From contig NMRA01000162.1 of NCBI GenBank assembly GCA_002633005.1, positions 300,440-364,439 of the forward strand: DNA of 64,000 bases, given 5' to 3'. Each line of letters starts with the position of its first letter. Position 1 is the first letter of the stretch. This document shows, in pieces, positions 25,780 through 39,034 of this stretch. Below the pieces are notes generated by a model. That model did not search any database. It saw nothing but the letters and a program-made list of their open reading frames with translations, and was not told the origin of the DNA. A program made the translations under genes and the position numbers. The stretch is from Phoronis australis (lineage: Eukaryota > Animalia > Phoronida).

Positions 25780-26100
25780 CTCACTAGTTGGCGAATGAAA
25801 TGTTTATCTACTCAAGAATTCAAAAATGTACATGTTATTGGACCCTGTCCTTTATCAAAAAGCTTGAATTTAGAGAGTATGGGTACAGTCTCAGAGGTTA
25901 AACTGTCTCTATGTAAAACGATTTAATACCATGACCTGCGGGTGTAACTCTATCTCCCACAAAGGTACTTTGCTGTGGAACTCATTGCCATCGGCAATGA
26001 GACAATGTACTGCCTTAAATGAATTTGCCACTCTTTCTCATGATTTTTCTGAGAACTGCTCTTGTGAAAACTGCTACGGATGTCTACACGCTCCACAACA
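25780..26100 (+). mobile_element. LINE (CR1/L2-like) 3' fragment
   Basis: Broken frame YSLRG...FNTMTCGCNSISHKGTLLWNSLPSAMRQCTALNEF, typical of the C-terminus of non-LTR ORF2. Confidence 0.6.
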
Positions 26101-26128
26101 TGTGCTTTTGTATTTATATCTGTGTTTA

Positions 26129-26395
26129 CATAGGTGGATTTAGGGGGGGCAGGGACCCCGGGTCCCCTCTTGGCTGCCGCAAGCAAAATGAAACAGCAAC
26201 AGCAAGAAGCATGAGGAAATATAACTAGGACCTGTAGTAGAGAAGGGGGGGAGGGGCTCAGAGCATTTCCCATTTTTTAAATTTTTTTTTTAGACTTTCC
26301 GAACAAAAGGTGCATGACTCCCGGCCCCTGCGCTTTGCCCAATTCCCCAAGGCAACATGTTGGGCCTCCCATATAGTATCCTAGATCCACCACTG
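26129..26395. mobile_element. MITE with cagtggcggatctag-type termini (relatives at 52761-52911 and 56622-56833)
   Basis: gtggatttagggggg ... ctagatccaccactg inverted termini with G/C-rich subterminal tracts. Confidence 0.55.
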
Positions 26396-26680
26396 CTTTA
26401 AGTTATATTCTCTGTACCTAAGCTTGTATTTTAGGTTTCTGTATTTTCATTTTGTAGATTTTTTAAAAATTCTCAGATGATAGCACTTGTGCTGTTTCAA
26501 AGTTAAACATCACCGACTTTAAAATATAGATTATTACTACTAGAGGTTTGATTAGTGTGTGTCTGCCTCCTGTTCACAAGGTTGTAGAATTGACAAATCT
26601 TACTGGACCATGCATTGGTAGCCCCTATGAGTCATTCATCTCCAGCTCTCCAATTTTTCCGGCTCAGTCTTAATAATTAA

Positions 26681-29600
26681 GAGTGACTCCATATAAAAAC
26701 CAACAGGTAGAGTCTATATCCAAAATCACCGATTTTTTTGAAACCTAGCACATGAGTTTGGTTTGTTGAGATGTAGAAAAACGTCACTTTTTAAGAATTT
26801 TCATTCATTATTTTTCTTTTTATGACCTGTACCTCCATTTTGCAACAAAATTGGGTGTCGAAGTAGGCATGTTTGAATGCATTTTACTAGCATGTGTGGT
26901 AAGGTCAAAACAAATGAATAATACGAACTGAAAGCGCAGTGGCTGAACAATTTAATGGCATAACTTTCAAAATCAATTTTTAAATTTGTACATTTTGAAA
27001 TTTTGAGGCAAAACCGGCTATTTTTCAGGTTTTCACTGAAGCCATTTGCGGCCAAATTTGGCACTCTGTAGCAGCCATAACGCACCTTTCCTGAAATTGA
27101 CTTTATAATTTGTTTAGTCATTCCTAACCTGTTCATAATCTAAAATAAAAAATCTTGCCTCTAATGTAGTTTTTGCTTACGAAGCATTACACGAGCTGCA
27201 CTTCGTCCTTTTGCATGTTCTCAGTTGCCTCTGCTGCCAATAGGGGGCTCTTGCAACATATAAGTAGCTTGCGAAACACGACATAAAAACCTTGTATTTT
27301 GGAGAAAAGGCAGACAGCATGATTATTAATTACCATTCTCTGAAAACGGCATTGATGATTGTTGCTTATTACAAAAAATATGTAACGAAAATCAACTGGC
27401 ATGCGTGGTTCTAAATGATAGATGGCGCTGCTTTTGTTTACGTAGAGACTGAAGACGCATCTAGAATAAGAGCAGTAACACAAGGTCACGAGGACCTTGC
27501 TATAATTCAAGACTTCGGGACTGATATTGCCCTGCATTTTAAATGAGAACACGTGGTTTTGAATAAATTTTAGAGAGGTTCTAGTGTTACTGAACTCACC
27601 CCTGTCTTGTTTTCTATCTGCCTTGTTCGTGCCACAGGCAAAGGAAGGCACCCAAGGTGAATATGGCCCCCTAGTGATCAGTGCAAAATCCTTCAACTTG
27701 TCAATAGTCATTGTAACTTTGGGTTCATATTGTAATGTCCCTGCTGGTTGCTACAAATTTTAGTCGCCACCAGTTGCCAGAAATCTGGTGTTCCCCCCAC
27801 ACACCGGGCACCCTAACGCTGAATTTCTGTCAGTGTGATCATCAGTGGTATAAAAAGGTACACATTCACAGTCAATAGAAAATAATTCACGAGAGACAAT
27901 TTTATTAATGACTCATTCATGACAGACATGAAGTAAACAGAAGTAACAGTCTCGACTTCATATATCACACATCTTTGACTGGTATGCTACAAAACTAGGA
28001 CTATATGTTGAGCTCATTTACCACTTCATTCAGTAAATCTGACGATATAACAGCATCTTCAGCAGAAATGCATCGTGACGAACATTGCTGCAGACAACCT
28101 CGAAAAAATCCACCAATCTGCGATTCACTTAATATCACAGGTAAACACTTTACCTGTGGGTTCTCGTAATGTTTTCTCCATTTTGGCACTTCCGAGGGTG
28201 AACGTTTTTACCTGACTTATCTCCTTCATCGAATATGTTCGTCAGAAAGTTCTTAACCTTTGCTGAAAATCTTGTTGACCTTTTACCTTTTTTCAATGCC
28301 TAACCTATTGCTTCAGTATTCGTCTCATCCAAATAGTACTCTGAGGCTGCCTCAAATGACGCTCCGGTTCTTGCATCTGAAAGCATTTCTGACCACTGTC
28401 GTGCGATGTGGTCATACGTGGTTTCCCTCTGTAAATGTTCAGTGTGGTTACCCACATCCAAATGCTGACCTAGTTCTGCGTCTGTAGCAAAAAATTTAGA
28501 GTAACCTTGCTGGGTACAAGGGAACTTTTGTTGAGGCTCTTCACAAGATACAATGCCAACCTTAACTCTTGGTGTTTAGAATCCGCCATGTCTAGAGATG
28601 TTAGTGTATTTTAGAGAAATAGGTTTCCCATTTTCTCAGTATTTGTAAGAACTTACCGCCACCTACAAGGAATGATTTCCACACGCGAATTCCTTGGGTG
28701 GAATAGTGGAAATTTGGGAATGTGCTTATACCAGGAACTGAGTATTTTGGAAAAGAAAGACTTTGTTACATTGACTGAACATGCATACACATAACATCCC
28801 TTCACACGGCCACTGGAAAGTAATGCTTCTTTCAAATCCAAAAAGTTTATGATATTGTTACCTTCGGCTACCATGAAAAGTACTTTGCATGTTGTTTGAG
28901 TGGAGCGATCTTGCAATCACAGAGATCCTTTCCATTCTGACTTTCACTAAAGTCATATCTCGAAACAGAAATGCCGGTAGAATTTGACAAGGCTGTTACG
29001 TTCAGGAGGAGAGGAGCAGAGTGGTAACATCCAGCATTACCTGACTCTTCCATGACTGGTCCTGTTCAGTCAGAAATTCACCGACTCTGGGTTAAGTACG
29101 AGTGCGTACTCTGGCACAGGCCTTGCTTTGTGAGGTACGTAGTTTCCTGTATCTCAAATGTTCAGAGGTGTCTTTGACATAATTGTCACTAAAGCACAAA
29201 GCTTTTGTGATCGGATTTTTTGCAGAATAAACTCTAAAGGAACATGAAGGCCCATCGACATCGTCCGCCATTTTGTCTTTTTAAAATGCACTTGCTTCTC
29301 TCAAGACCAGTCATTACAAATATCAATTCTTACTCGTTTAATCTTAAAGGCATTTATTTCCATTTGAAATTTCTACAGAGTGTTTAAATTAACCTGATAA
29401 TGTAAAAGAAATGAAAGAATAAAAAAAAGGGTTACACGTACATTTTTTATATATCCTCAAGCTTAAACCTCAACTGATTCCCTCAGTGGGCAAAGGTCAT
29501 CGGGTTCAGGTTTGATACTAGCCACGTAATAAACCCGGAAAACATCTTGTTTTCATTTGAAAGAGTTTAGACTTGGTTTCTATAAAGCAGACTTCTTGCC

Positions 29601-30190
29601 TAAAAGTTTGTTTGCAGGTCTGTAAACTCCGCTCGATCGTCATTTCCAAACTATGAAAATAGACAGTTTTGCAAGACAATTTTCACTAAGGTGCAAAGTT
29701 GAGGCAAGATTTTTTATTGCTCAGTCATCAAGACTAACTCTTTAACTGTATGTTCAAAACGTCACATAAAGCTACAAGGTGTTTTATGGCAGTAAAAGGT
29801 CACAAAAATGGCCACTAAAATTAGCCCCAAAAAAGTGGTCTGTCGATTATCTCCCCTGTCTAGCACAAAACTGTCAGATTTTAATAAATGGCACAGAATT
29901 ATGTACAGTATACGTTGGTTATTTCAGCCACCAAAAATATAGCTTTTGATCTATTTTTTATGTTACTCATTTTTGTTGCTGAAAACATGCGATTTTTGAG
30001 ACGGCTAATATGCCCAATTGTGCCAATTTGTGTTATGCTCCAGCGGCGAAATTAGGGGTCATTGAGTGCACAAATTTTGGCATTGGGTTTATGTTAGGAT
30101 ATCTACCCATGTACAAAAAATGAAGTTGTTTTAAATTTTGACGTATAGACTGATTTTTGAAAATCTACTGGTTTTTATATGGACTGTCTC
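26681..30190 (-). mobile_element. Sola3-like DNA transposon with decayed transposase
   Basis: TTAA on both sides (26677-80, 30191-94), GAG...CTC termini sharing tccatataaaaacca; broken minus-strand ORF ~28000-29270 with NAGCYHS...RYDFSESQNGKDLCD and G*ALKK..TRFSAKVKNFL. The superfamily is inferred from termini and motif. Confidence 0.75.
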
Positions 30191-30248
30191 TTAAATAATA
30201 CAGCTGTGTAAACGTTCATACGTGTGTTATAACATATAGCCCGGTTAC

Positions 30249-30300
30249 CTATTGTCGTCAGGCTCCAAAGGTCGTCCGCCATCTTGTTTCGCGTGCAGCG
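30249..30300 (-). promoter_or_regulatory. Candidate first exon / TSS region of the SPRYD3-like gene
   Basis: CpG-rich patch, AAGATGGCGG (YY1/Kozak-like, ATG at 30282, MADDLWSLTTI) and an ag|gtaacc donor; its phase 1 does not join directly to the phase-0 exon at 25642. Confidence 0.45.
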
Positions 30301-30510
30301 CAACCACGCGGGACTTAGCGTTCCAATTTGGAGTGCTCGTGTGCACGTTAGGTACTAACTTATCGGAAGAGACACGTATCAAAGTAATGAGACAAAAATC
30401 GGTGAGTTTACCGATTGTTTTTTAAAACCACTTAAAAATCAGTAGATTTTACTAATACACTTTTTTGTGCGTTTTCAGAAGATGTTTTCGAATTTAAATT
30501 TTCTTCCGAC

Positions 30511-30581
30511 NNNNNNNNNNNNNNNNNNNNNNNNNNNNNNNNNNNNNNNNNNNNNNNNNNNNNNNNNNNNNNNNNNNNNNN
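30511..30581. other. Assembly gap (71 N)
   Basis: Run of N. Confidence 1.
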
Positions 30582-31449
30582 TCACAATAAAATGGCTGCC
30601 GAAGGCAGTGCACATTTGAAATAACTCGGCACAAATTAAAGAAAACTTCCGAATCGATGAATGCGGTATATCTGTGAGAGTTAAATCGAATCCTATTCAG
30701 ATCATAACTTTGAAGTGGAATAATTCGGTGAGTACAACAGCAAGTTGGTTTTATGCTTAGGCGGACGACCATTGGGTTCCCGAGAATAAGTATGTCCACA
30801 CATGAAAAATGGCTTCACGTTTTCGTAGAATGGGCTCCAGTTCTAGTGAGTATTATATAGCCAGTGCTCGCCTGATGCACAGGCGTCCTCAGCTTCTGAT
30901 CGTCCCCAATACACTATTTTGGGGACGCTCAGAAGCTGATCGGTCTGCGGTCTGATGAAACGGTATGAGAATTAAGCGCATCTTTTCGTATTTGACCCTA
31001 CCGCCGGTTCCCCTAGTAAAGGCTTTTAAAGACGCTCACTGTCGGTTCCTAGCCTATGCAGAGGAAGTCCAGAAAATGTTCAACGTTTTTCCACCAGAAG
31101 AACTAAGTATACAAACCACGCCACCAACAAGATCGGCACAAGGATCGTCATCTCCCAGCCCCACTTCCATGACACGAAGACGCTCCATGTGGCGGCCCAG
31201 TTCTTGAGCATGCTGGGCAGCTGCCTCTTCCATAAGTTTCACAATTTGAGATATTTCCGTCTCCTGATCCGACATATTACTTTATTGCGCAGTTGTACTG
31301 CACATTAAGCTATTGCAAGGTGAAATTGAAAGCGACGTAGGAAAATTTCCGGAAAACAACAACCCGAACAAGGGGAAATTCCCAAACAAGTTGCCATCTT
31401 GACGCAGATCTCCTCCTATCGGCCAGGAATGAGACCATTGGCTATATAG

Positions 31450-34400
31450 GCCCTATTTATTACATTCAGGTGATGCTGTGCCGTATCGCGTATGCGTAAA
31501 CTTCAAGTTGGAATTGAATTTTCATTTGGACAATCAGGCGATTTTTTTCAGTGTAAAGAATTTGGCTGTACTTCGCCGGAATAATAAATATTGACATCGA
31601 TGTAAGCATTGTGCTTGCAAACTTTATAACTATATCATTACCCAGTCCTACGAACTTCATCTTGGGCATGGTAGTCGTAACGGGGATAACTATACTGGCT
31701 TTTTGCTGATTTTCCAGACATGCAGTGGGCAAGTGAGAATCCTTTGCTTGATCTGTTCCGTCATACCTGGCTCTCTCAATGGTTTTTGCACTCTTTGATG
31801 TGCTTGATGTATCAAGACAGGTGTCCTCTCTTGATATGCAGCATAACTATTCTGCATCCTCGGATTAGAACCCCATTTAGCCATGCCAAATCATGTCTGT
31901 AATTCCAGTAAGCCAGTAGTCTGGCATTTGGTTCTTATGTTCGGGCCATTCTTTTTTAACAACAATGCTATCATAACTGGGTCTTATTTGAAGCCGGGTT
32001 TCAGCTCAAATCTTTTGAATGTCGATCCAGTCGTAGTGTTCACCTCAAGAATTCCAATGGTCATAACGCTTAATCGTCGTGAGAGACCGTCCGGAGTTGG
32101 TATATGGTGCAACTCGGGACGGTCTGGGGTCTACAGAAAACCACAGTTCAACTGTGAGTCTACACCAATGTGATAAACGAGAGTAGTTCTACTTGCTGCG
32201 TTAGCTGCTGGTATGCTTATCTCTTTTATGACACACAATGTGTGACTGGCAAAGCGTTTTCAAAATGATGTGGATAAATCAGTGGAGTGTGAGACCCCTG
32301 AGGTCCCTGTCAAGTCTTCACTGCAATTTTACGTTATGTTTAATTGTGATATTTAGTGGTAAAACTGGCCCTTGTTTGGGTCTAAGAGGAACACATCTTG
32401 ACAAAAATCTGGGTTATGCATCTCACTTCCTTTCTTAAACAACTTCCATCTCCGTAGCCTTGCAACATTTGGACTACTAAAGACGTTGCAGCAGTGGGGG
32501 TATGATGTGAATGTTTTTCTTGAAGACCGTGCTTTTAATGGCTAGTGGTCTGTGTGGACTGTAAACTTTTGTCCGTAGACATCCTGCTTGTAATGCAAGA
32601 CTGCCCGACATAACGCCGAGCAGCTCTCTCTCGATATTTGAGTACCTCGTTTCCGCATCGGCCAGGCTTCTTGACGCAAAATTAATTGGCCCTCCCTCTC
32701 TTTTGGATCAAATACCGGAGGGTCTCCGCCTTGAGAACGCATTCCTTCAAGCTATTCAGCATCTGTGTGTGCTGATCGGTCCAAGCAAAATCTTCAGTGT
32801 CTTTTTCAACAGTCGTCTTAATTCATAAGTTTTAGTTGACAAGTTAGAGATAAATTTGACAAGTTACGTAAAACAGCCCAGTAAGGACTGAAATTCAAGC
32901 TTGTTGTCAGGGGGTGCTTTTCTCCCAATAGCATCCAACTTCTTAGGATCTGGCTAAACGCTTTCTGGTATAAGTACATGGCCAAAACAACGAATCTCTG
33001 CCGGAAGTATCTTTGCTTTCTTTGGATTCAATCGGAATCCCTACTCTCTACAGTGCTGAATGACTTGGTTCAGGGCAATATCATGGTCAAGTCTCACCTC
33101 TGCTGCAATCAAGATATCATCTGCGATGCGGTAAACATTTTCCAAGTCTCTGAAAGTGTCGTCAATGGCGCGTTGGAAGACATCTTGTGAGCTATTAAGC
33201 CCAAAGGGCAATCGCTGACAGTGCTGTATCTGCCAAAGGGACTGTTAAATGTAAGCAAGGGAACACGTACTCTGTGGATGCATATCAATATTCACGACTC
33301 ATCTAGGGCCGAGAAATACCTACACTTATTTATCTGCGTTATTACTTCATCTTAAGTAGGAGTGTAATGGTGGGGTCTTTTCAAAGCCCTGTTTAACGGT
33401 TTAGGATCAAGACACACGCTTAGCTGGCTGTTCGGTTTTGGGGTACACACCAGGCTGGCATTACCCAGGGCGTGGCTTCCTGCTGTTTCCTGTCAACTCC
33501 AAGCTCTTCCATACGGTTGAGTTCAACCAGAAGTTGTTTTTTGACAGCTGGTGGTACTCTTCTTGGAGGGCATATCTCTGGTGGGACAGTATCAGCTATT
33601 TTATACTTATATTGCTTCAGCTTTCATCATCTTTGACGCTTTTCGAATTGACTGTCAAAGTCTCCGTGACAATCTTCATACATGTATAAGTACCGGGCTC
33701 ATCACAAAGTATTTTCACTATGTTCATTGCTTTGCAGAACCTCAACGAGAATAGATTGTTTCTAAAATCTGAGACAAAAAGGACACATTACATTATGTCC
33801 AGCGACGTTTTTTGTGAAAAACACGGTCAACCCAAAACTTGCCATGATTGGTGAAACTTTTACCACCATAACTAGTCAGTTTGACAGCAGACTTTTGGAG
33901 TTTCTTGTTTTCATCGTCCCCGTACAGCTTCTTATAAATGTGGCAATATTCAGGAAATTAACTTGGGCCCCAATATCAATTTTGCTCTTCAACCTACATG
34001 TAACTTGTCTCCCTGATGTCTCAATCCTAACAACAGCAAATTGGGTATCTGGCCTAAGGTCATCATCAAAATGGATTTCACCTGTCGTGGTCTCCACGGT
34101 CTCAACTGATGCACTGTCACATTTGTCGTCAAACAAATTTTCCTCTCCAGAAGATTGGTTATTGACTCCAGCTTCGTGCAGTTGTTTCACTTGCTTTCTT
34201 CTCTGTTCCGCAGTTTCCCGCTTCGCAGGTTTAGTGTTGGGCTGACAGCACCGCTCTAAATAGTTTATCTGTTTGTAGCGGTTGCTTTTCTTTCCAAATG
34301 CTGGACAACGCTTTGGTGGGTGCATGTTTCCACATTTCGTGCAATTAATATGCGAGTTAGTCGCAGTTCATCAGTAGTACTTGTGGTATCAGCACACTGC

Positions 34401-35100
34401 ATGATATCCTGCCTCACTTGATCAACCTTTCGCATATGTGTCGTTGTGCTGCCTCCGCTTCTCTTAGTTGCTGTGTCCAACACCTGAGTGCATGTCGTAC
34501 TTTTTGGGAGGGCATAAGCGTTTTCCAAAATCTTGACATCTTTAAATCCATAGTTAAGCGCTTCAGTCTCCATGATGCGCGAAATGTCATTTGGATGTCC
34601 ACGTTGCTGTAGCAACTTCCTTATTCGATCATGAAATTAAAATCAGTCTCATCGGCTTGCTGTTTGAAAAACTTTAATTTCATCCATGAGGCATTCCACG
34701 ATTCTTCTGTGCCAACCTTCTTGGCACAAATGCCATCGAAAAACTTTCACAGGGGGGTTTATCTTCTCGTCATCATTACCATCAATTGAAAGGGGGTGAT
34801 TTGCATATTGCAGACATGCCTCTGGACCCATCCACGTTAACACCTTAACGACTTGGTATTTTTCTTCAAGTTCTTCGTAACAATTCAGATTTTTCTGTGT
34901 CAACGTTTAAACCAAAAGAATTCATCATACAGTTTTTTATTGGAAAATTCAAGTTGTTTCGGCATTTCTACACCGTGTAAACGAGCCTAATTCCTGTGGC
35001 TTCTATTTCGTCTTTCGAGGTCATTTTGTATGTTTAAGCTTACCGGTAATTTCACGATTGTCTTTAAGTTAAAAAAACTTAGTCGAGGTCACCATGCAAA
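31450..35100 (-). mobile_element. Decayed Ty3/Gypsy LTR retrotransposon internal region
   Basis: Minus-strand order, heavily frameshifted: PBS-like TGGTGAC (~35096), gag knuckle (HPPKRCPAFGK), protease (KIDIGAQVN), RT (LDPKPLNRALKRPH, FNSPFGRY, LPFGL, ADDIL), RNase H (KFTVHTDH), integrase Zn finger (YWNYRHDL, IHQAHQ, PGMTEQIKQ). LTRs not identified. Confidence 0.88.
32062..32338. repeat. Hairpin-rich repeat inserted in the Gypsy element (homologue of 49848-50106)
   Basis: Shares cataacgc...cgttatg termini, the agaccg..gagttg/caactcgg..cggtct stem and gtgagacccctgaggtccc with the other copy. Confidence 0.75.
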
Positions 35101-38100
35101 ATTAAGATAAAGATCATATTAACGAGCATATTCCATTAATACACAACTACAAAACGTAACATTCAAAATTCCTAGAGCGTTCAGATATATCGTGTCATCA
35201 TGAACGTGATGTTAACCATAGCGCGTATGCAGTATTTCGCACCTGCCGTGTCCCACTGTGTTTGTTTCCAAATTTAATTTGCCCTGTGGTGGTATTACTG
35301 CGTCATTTTATTTCGCCTTGAGAATGAAAGAAGTTTGTTTCGAAAAATCGTGTGTCTTTTAATTATGTTTCTTGGTTGGTTGCTTTACCAATATTCTAGT
35401 GAGTGTCGCACTTTGTTCCCGGCCGAGGATGCGAGCGGAACGGAATAAAGATTGTTAATAATGACAATCGTCGTGTATTCAAGCAACATTGTAAAGGATC
35501 GGCCTCATCATCCATTTTCGTAACTTGTGTCAAAGAATTGTAGGAATACGTGAATGATTTTAATCATTCATTTAAACACGAATTGTTATTTAATGAATAG
35601 GGTCGCTAATAAATGTAGTTGATTGGTTCAAATTTACGTTATTTTATTAACATGAAATTTGATTTATAGTGCAGTGCTAATTTTTATCAATCTGAACGTG
35701 ATTATTTGAGTGAACTTGTCAAGTTTACTCCTGTAGAGCAGTGAGACAAAGACCCCGCGTCCGGCCGCACGAACAATCAACAGCCGTACACTGGCGAATC
35801 GGCTCAATTAGAATTCCAGTGCCAACAACGGTGCAAAGATCGGTGACGTTTCATGCGTTTGCTCAAGAATGATAGAACAAAGGGACAATTTAAGACTGGA
35901 AACTATGGGAAGCAGAATAAGTTATCATCGGACAACCAAATCAGTGGTAGGCAACACGTCAAAATCAATTAAGGAGCCCCTCGGTTGTCTAGTGCTACCC
36001 ATCACCTTCTGTAGGCCTAATAATTTCATCCCGTGTAGCCGAAATACAGTCACCGTATGAGTGGATTTTACCTCTGTCATCAAAAATACATTTTACACTT
36101 AGGGTTATTTAGTGGCCTCCATTCTAATTGGTATATCAAAAAACTAGGCTTTGTCAAGTAGAAAAAGTATAATGTTTTCTAAAAGAAAAAAGACCAGTAA
36201 ATATGAAAATATGTTTTATATTTATGTGCCGTTATTATTATTACGTTAACACCTTTTTAAGTCAAAATTAAATGTTAAACAAAAGTACATTCACAGCAAA
36301 ATAAGCTTCGGTCGACTTTAATGAAACCTTTTTAAGTGAAAACTTCACCTCAAAAACAATGTTAGGGATTTTGTATTAGCCTTTTCGTTTGATTTCTATG
36401 ACAAATCAACTCGCAAAACGTAAGGTAATCATTTTGGTTTCACAACAAACCAATTGTATGCTACACAGACAACCAAAAAGTCCCATGTTTGAATTCCCGT
36501 TTTCATGAAATTTGTTTTAAATTTGTCTGTTTACGCAAATTGGACACTTAATAGAACAAATTTAAGCACAATGGGCGATACTGAAAATGACAGAGGTTGC
36601 ACTAAATAAAAAAGCAAAGTTTTAATACTTTTTAACATTAAATGCAAATTTAAGCCAAATTTTGGGACAAATGAACGCCAAAGTAAACCCGCCAAAACTT
36701 GTGACTCCCTTTAGATATAGACCAGATATAGCTAAAAGTCTGGTACTAAACTGTTCCTTACGATCGGGGAGAACCGACATTTCTAATTTCTTCAGACTGA
36801 GCTCATAAGATTTCATTGGATCACGTGGTTACACAGTCAAATTTTATGAACTTTCTCTGAAGAAAAAACAGCCAATTCACCCCAAGACCGTAGATCACTT
36901 CTAAATTGTGTAAGGGACAAGACAAGTCCAATTTTCTAATGGTAAGTGGCCTAAACCAGATACATGTAGAAGATACGGGATTTAAAGCCAAGCAAGAAGT
37001 ATAAAAATGACCTAGGCAGTCCAATTTCGACCAAGAACACCAGGCCTGCATATTTCATGTCGATCGGACGAGTGCGCCACACGTAGCGTGCGCTCAAACA
37101 GACAATGAGGCCACGACAACGCTGATACTGACAAACGATTTATATTGAGCATTCCTTAATTAATTCCGGTTATATTGATGACGTGTTGAACAAACATTAT
37201 TTAAACTACGTCGGTTTGTGGTCAGATTCCTTTTATGAAGTTAGATGACAAGAATCAGAACGAGAATCTTTAATATGATTGACATGCCTACAGAAATTTC
37301 TTGTATTTTGCTCGCCAGTAATTTTCAATCATCAAATGTGGTAACTTACACGACCATAAATGTACAGAACATATTAATTGTTTGATACGTTTACTACAGA
37401 AGTTACGATAGACATGGCCAAGGGTGTATAATGGATCTCCATTTGCTTTTATTAACAGAAAAGAGTTCAGTTGGTGTGCGTTTTACCTAGTAGACGCTTT
37501 TGAAAAACACAATTCTTTATGAAGACATCAGTAAAATACCAATACTCATTTATAATCAAACATTTCAATTTTCCCTATTTGAACCTACTTTTCTCGTGAC
37601 ATTTGAAACGTAGTATTTATATACCAATACAAGTTCAGTAAAACAACAAAAACTAACGAAAGTAAACTGTTCACCAATACATATTTGCTATGAAAAGTGA
37701 ATTTAATTTATATAGTAACACTGAACATTTTAAGGGATAACAAGTTCAAAAAAATTCAAAAACTAAGTAAATTTTCGATCAATGTGCATTTAATTTGTGT
37801 ACCCCATAATTCAGCAAAAACGAAAAAGTAGTATAAGAGACTTTGACATATCCTAGACTGTACCTAACTTCTCAGTTTACACCGAAACTCTCCTGTTGCC
37901 GGAGGTAAATTTCTCTGAAAGTGTCTCCGCAGTTTGCAGTTCTCCAATTTTATCATCTTTGGTTATCACAGGTGAATTATCATCTAGTATCTAAACCAAA
38001 TAATGTGCTAAGCTCTGCTGAGCGTTTGAATGTTGTTCTTTCATGCAGTGGACGAAGGGCAAGATTCGTCTGTTGATTGCCTCTGTTTGTGTGAAGTATT

Positions 38101-39034
38101 ATTTTGCTGTATAAGGAATTCGAGATTACTAAATACCATTGAATCGTGGTTAGATAGAGGACAGAAAACATGATGAGAGAATTTTTCACTCTACAAAATA
38201 AATTCCAGAGGGTGAAATGAGACTCCTTAGGCAATAACTGACAGTAACAATTGAGTCTCGGCGCTACTTACTGTATATGCTTGAAACCGTGCAGTTATTC
38301 CTAAATTGTGGTATAAATAGGCTAATGGAAATGATGTGTATCAGAAGCTCGGATTTACTGCGTACCAGTTTAAATTAACGACTGTTATTCTGTTTTCTTG
38401 TTTCAAAAAACTGTTTCACTTTCCATGCCTGTCATTGCTCAGAAATGATGCTGTCGTACGGCATATTCATTTTTCAAATAAATTTGTGTGTGGGTAGTTC
38501 AAAACCTGGCGATCCGTGTCCAGGCCAAAACAAACAACGTTGTATTACTGGTCCGAACTGTTGTCCAGCGCTGTCATTTGGTTGTGGTCCTCAAATCTTT
38601 CTCATCGGTTCCAATGACGATAAGCGCCACTTAATGGCCAGTATGTTTACTAAACTGAAATTATGTTCCATTGACATAGAAAATAGGTAGTCATCATAAC
38701 TTGCCATAATAACCACCAAATGTGTTTAGAAATTTTACATGACTTTAAGGTTATAAAAAGCCAGGATGGTTGTAAATTAGGGTGGGGACATCTTGTACGG
38801 TTGCATTGGGGATTTTAGACGGTCTTGCTAGAAATTGCTTAGCAAATGCAGTGGTTGGTACTAAAGCACACTAGAGTAACCACCTCTATTAAGGCCCTGT
38901 TGTTTTTATTTGGCTGATCCCTACAGCCTATGACTGTGAACATGCATCAAAAGATATTTCCAATACATCTGATTAAATATAACTACGAATTTTCAGGGAT
39001 ATGCAAAGCTGCCAGACAAAACAGGACGACTTAA

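Noticed and set aside
26801-27136. Apparently conserved small protein shared with 46913-47209
   Set aside because: Both lie in homologous subterminal arms of the same transposon family, so DNA-level similarity explains the match.
35097-35260. 5' LTR of the Gypsy element
   Set aside because: The position next to the PBS fits, but no matching 3' LTR was found near 31400.
38445-38690. Cys-rich 81-aa ORF resembling a secreted peptide
   Set aside because: No recognisable cysteine framework, splice context or promoter; probably chance.
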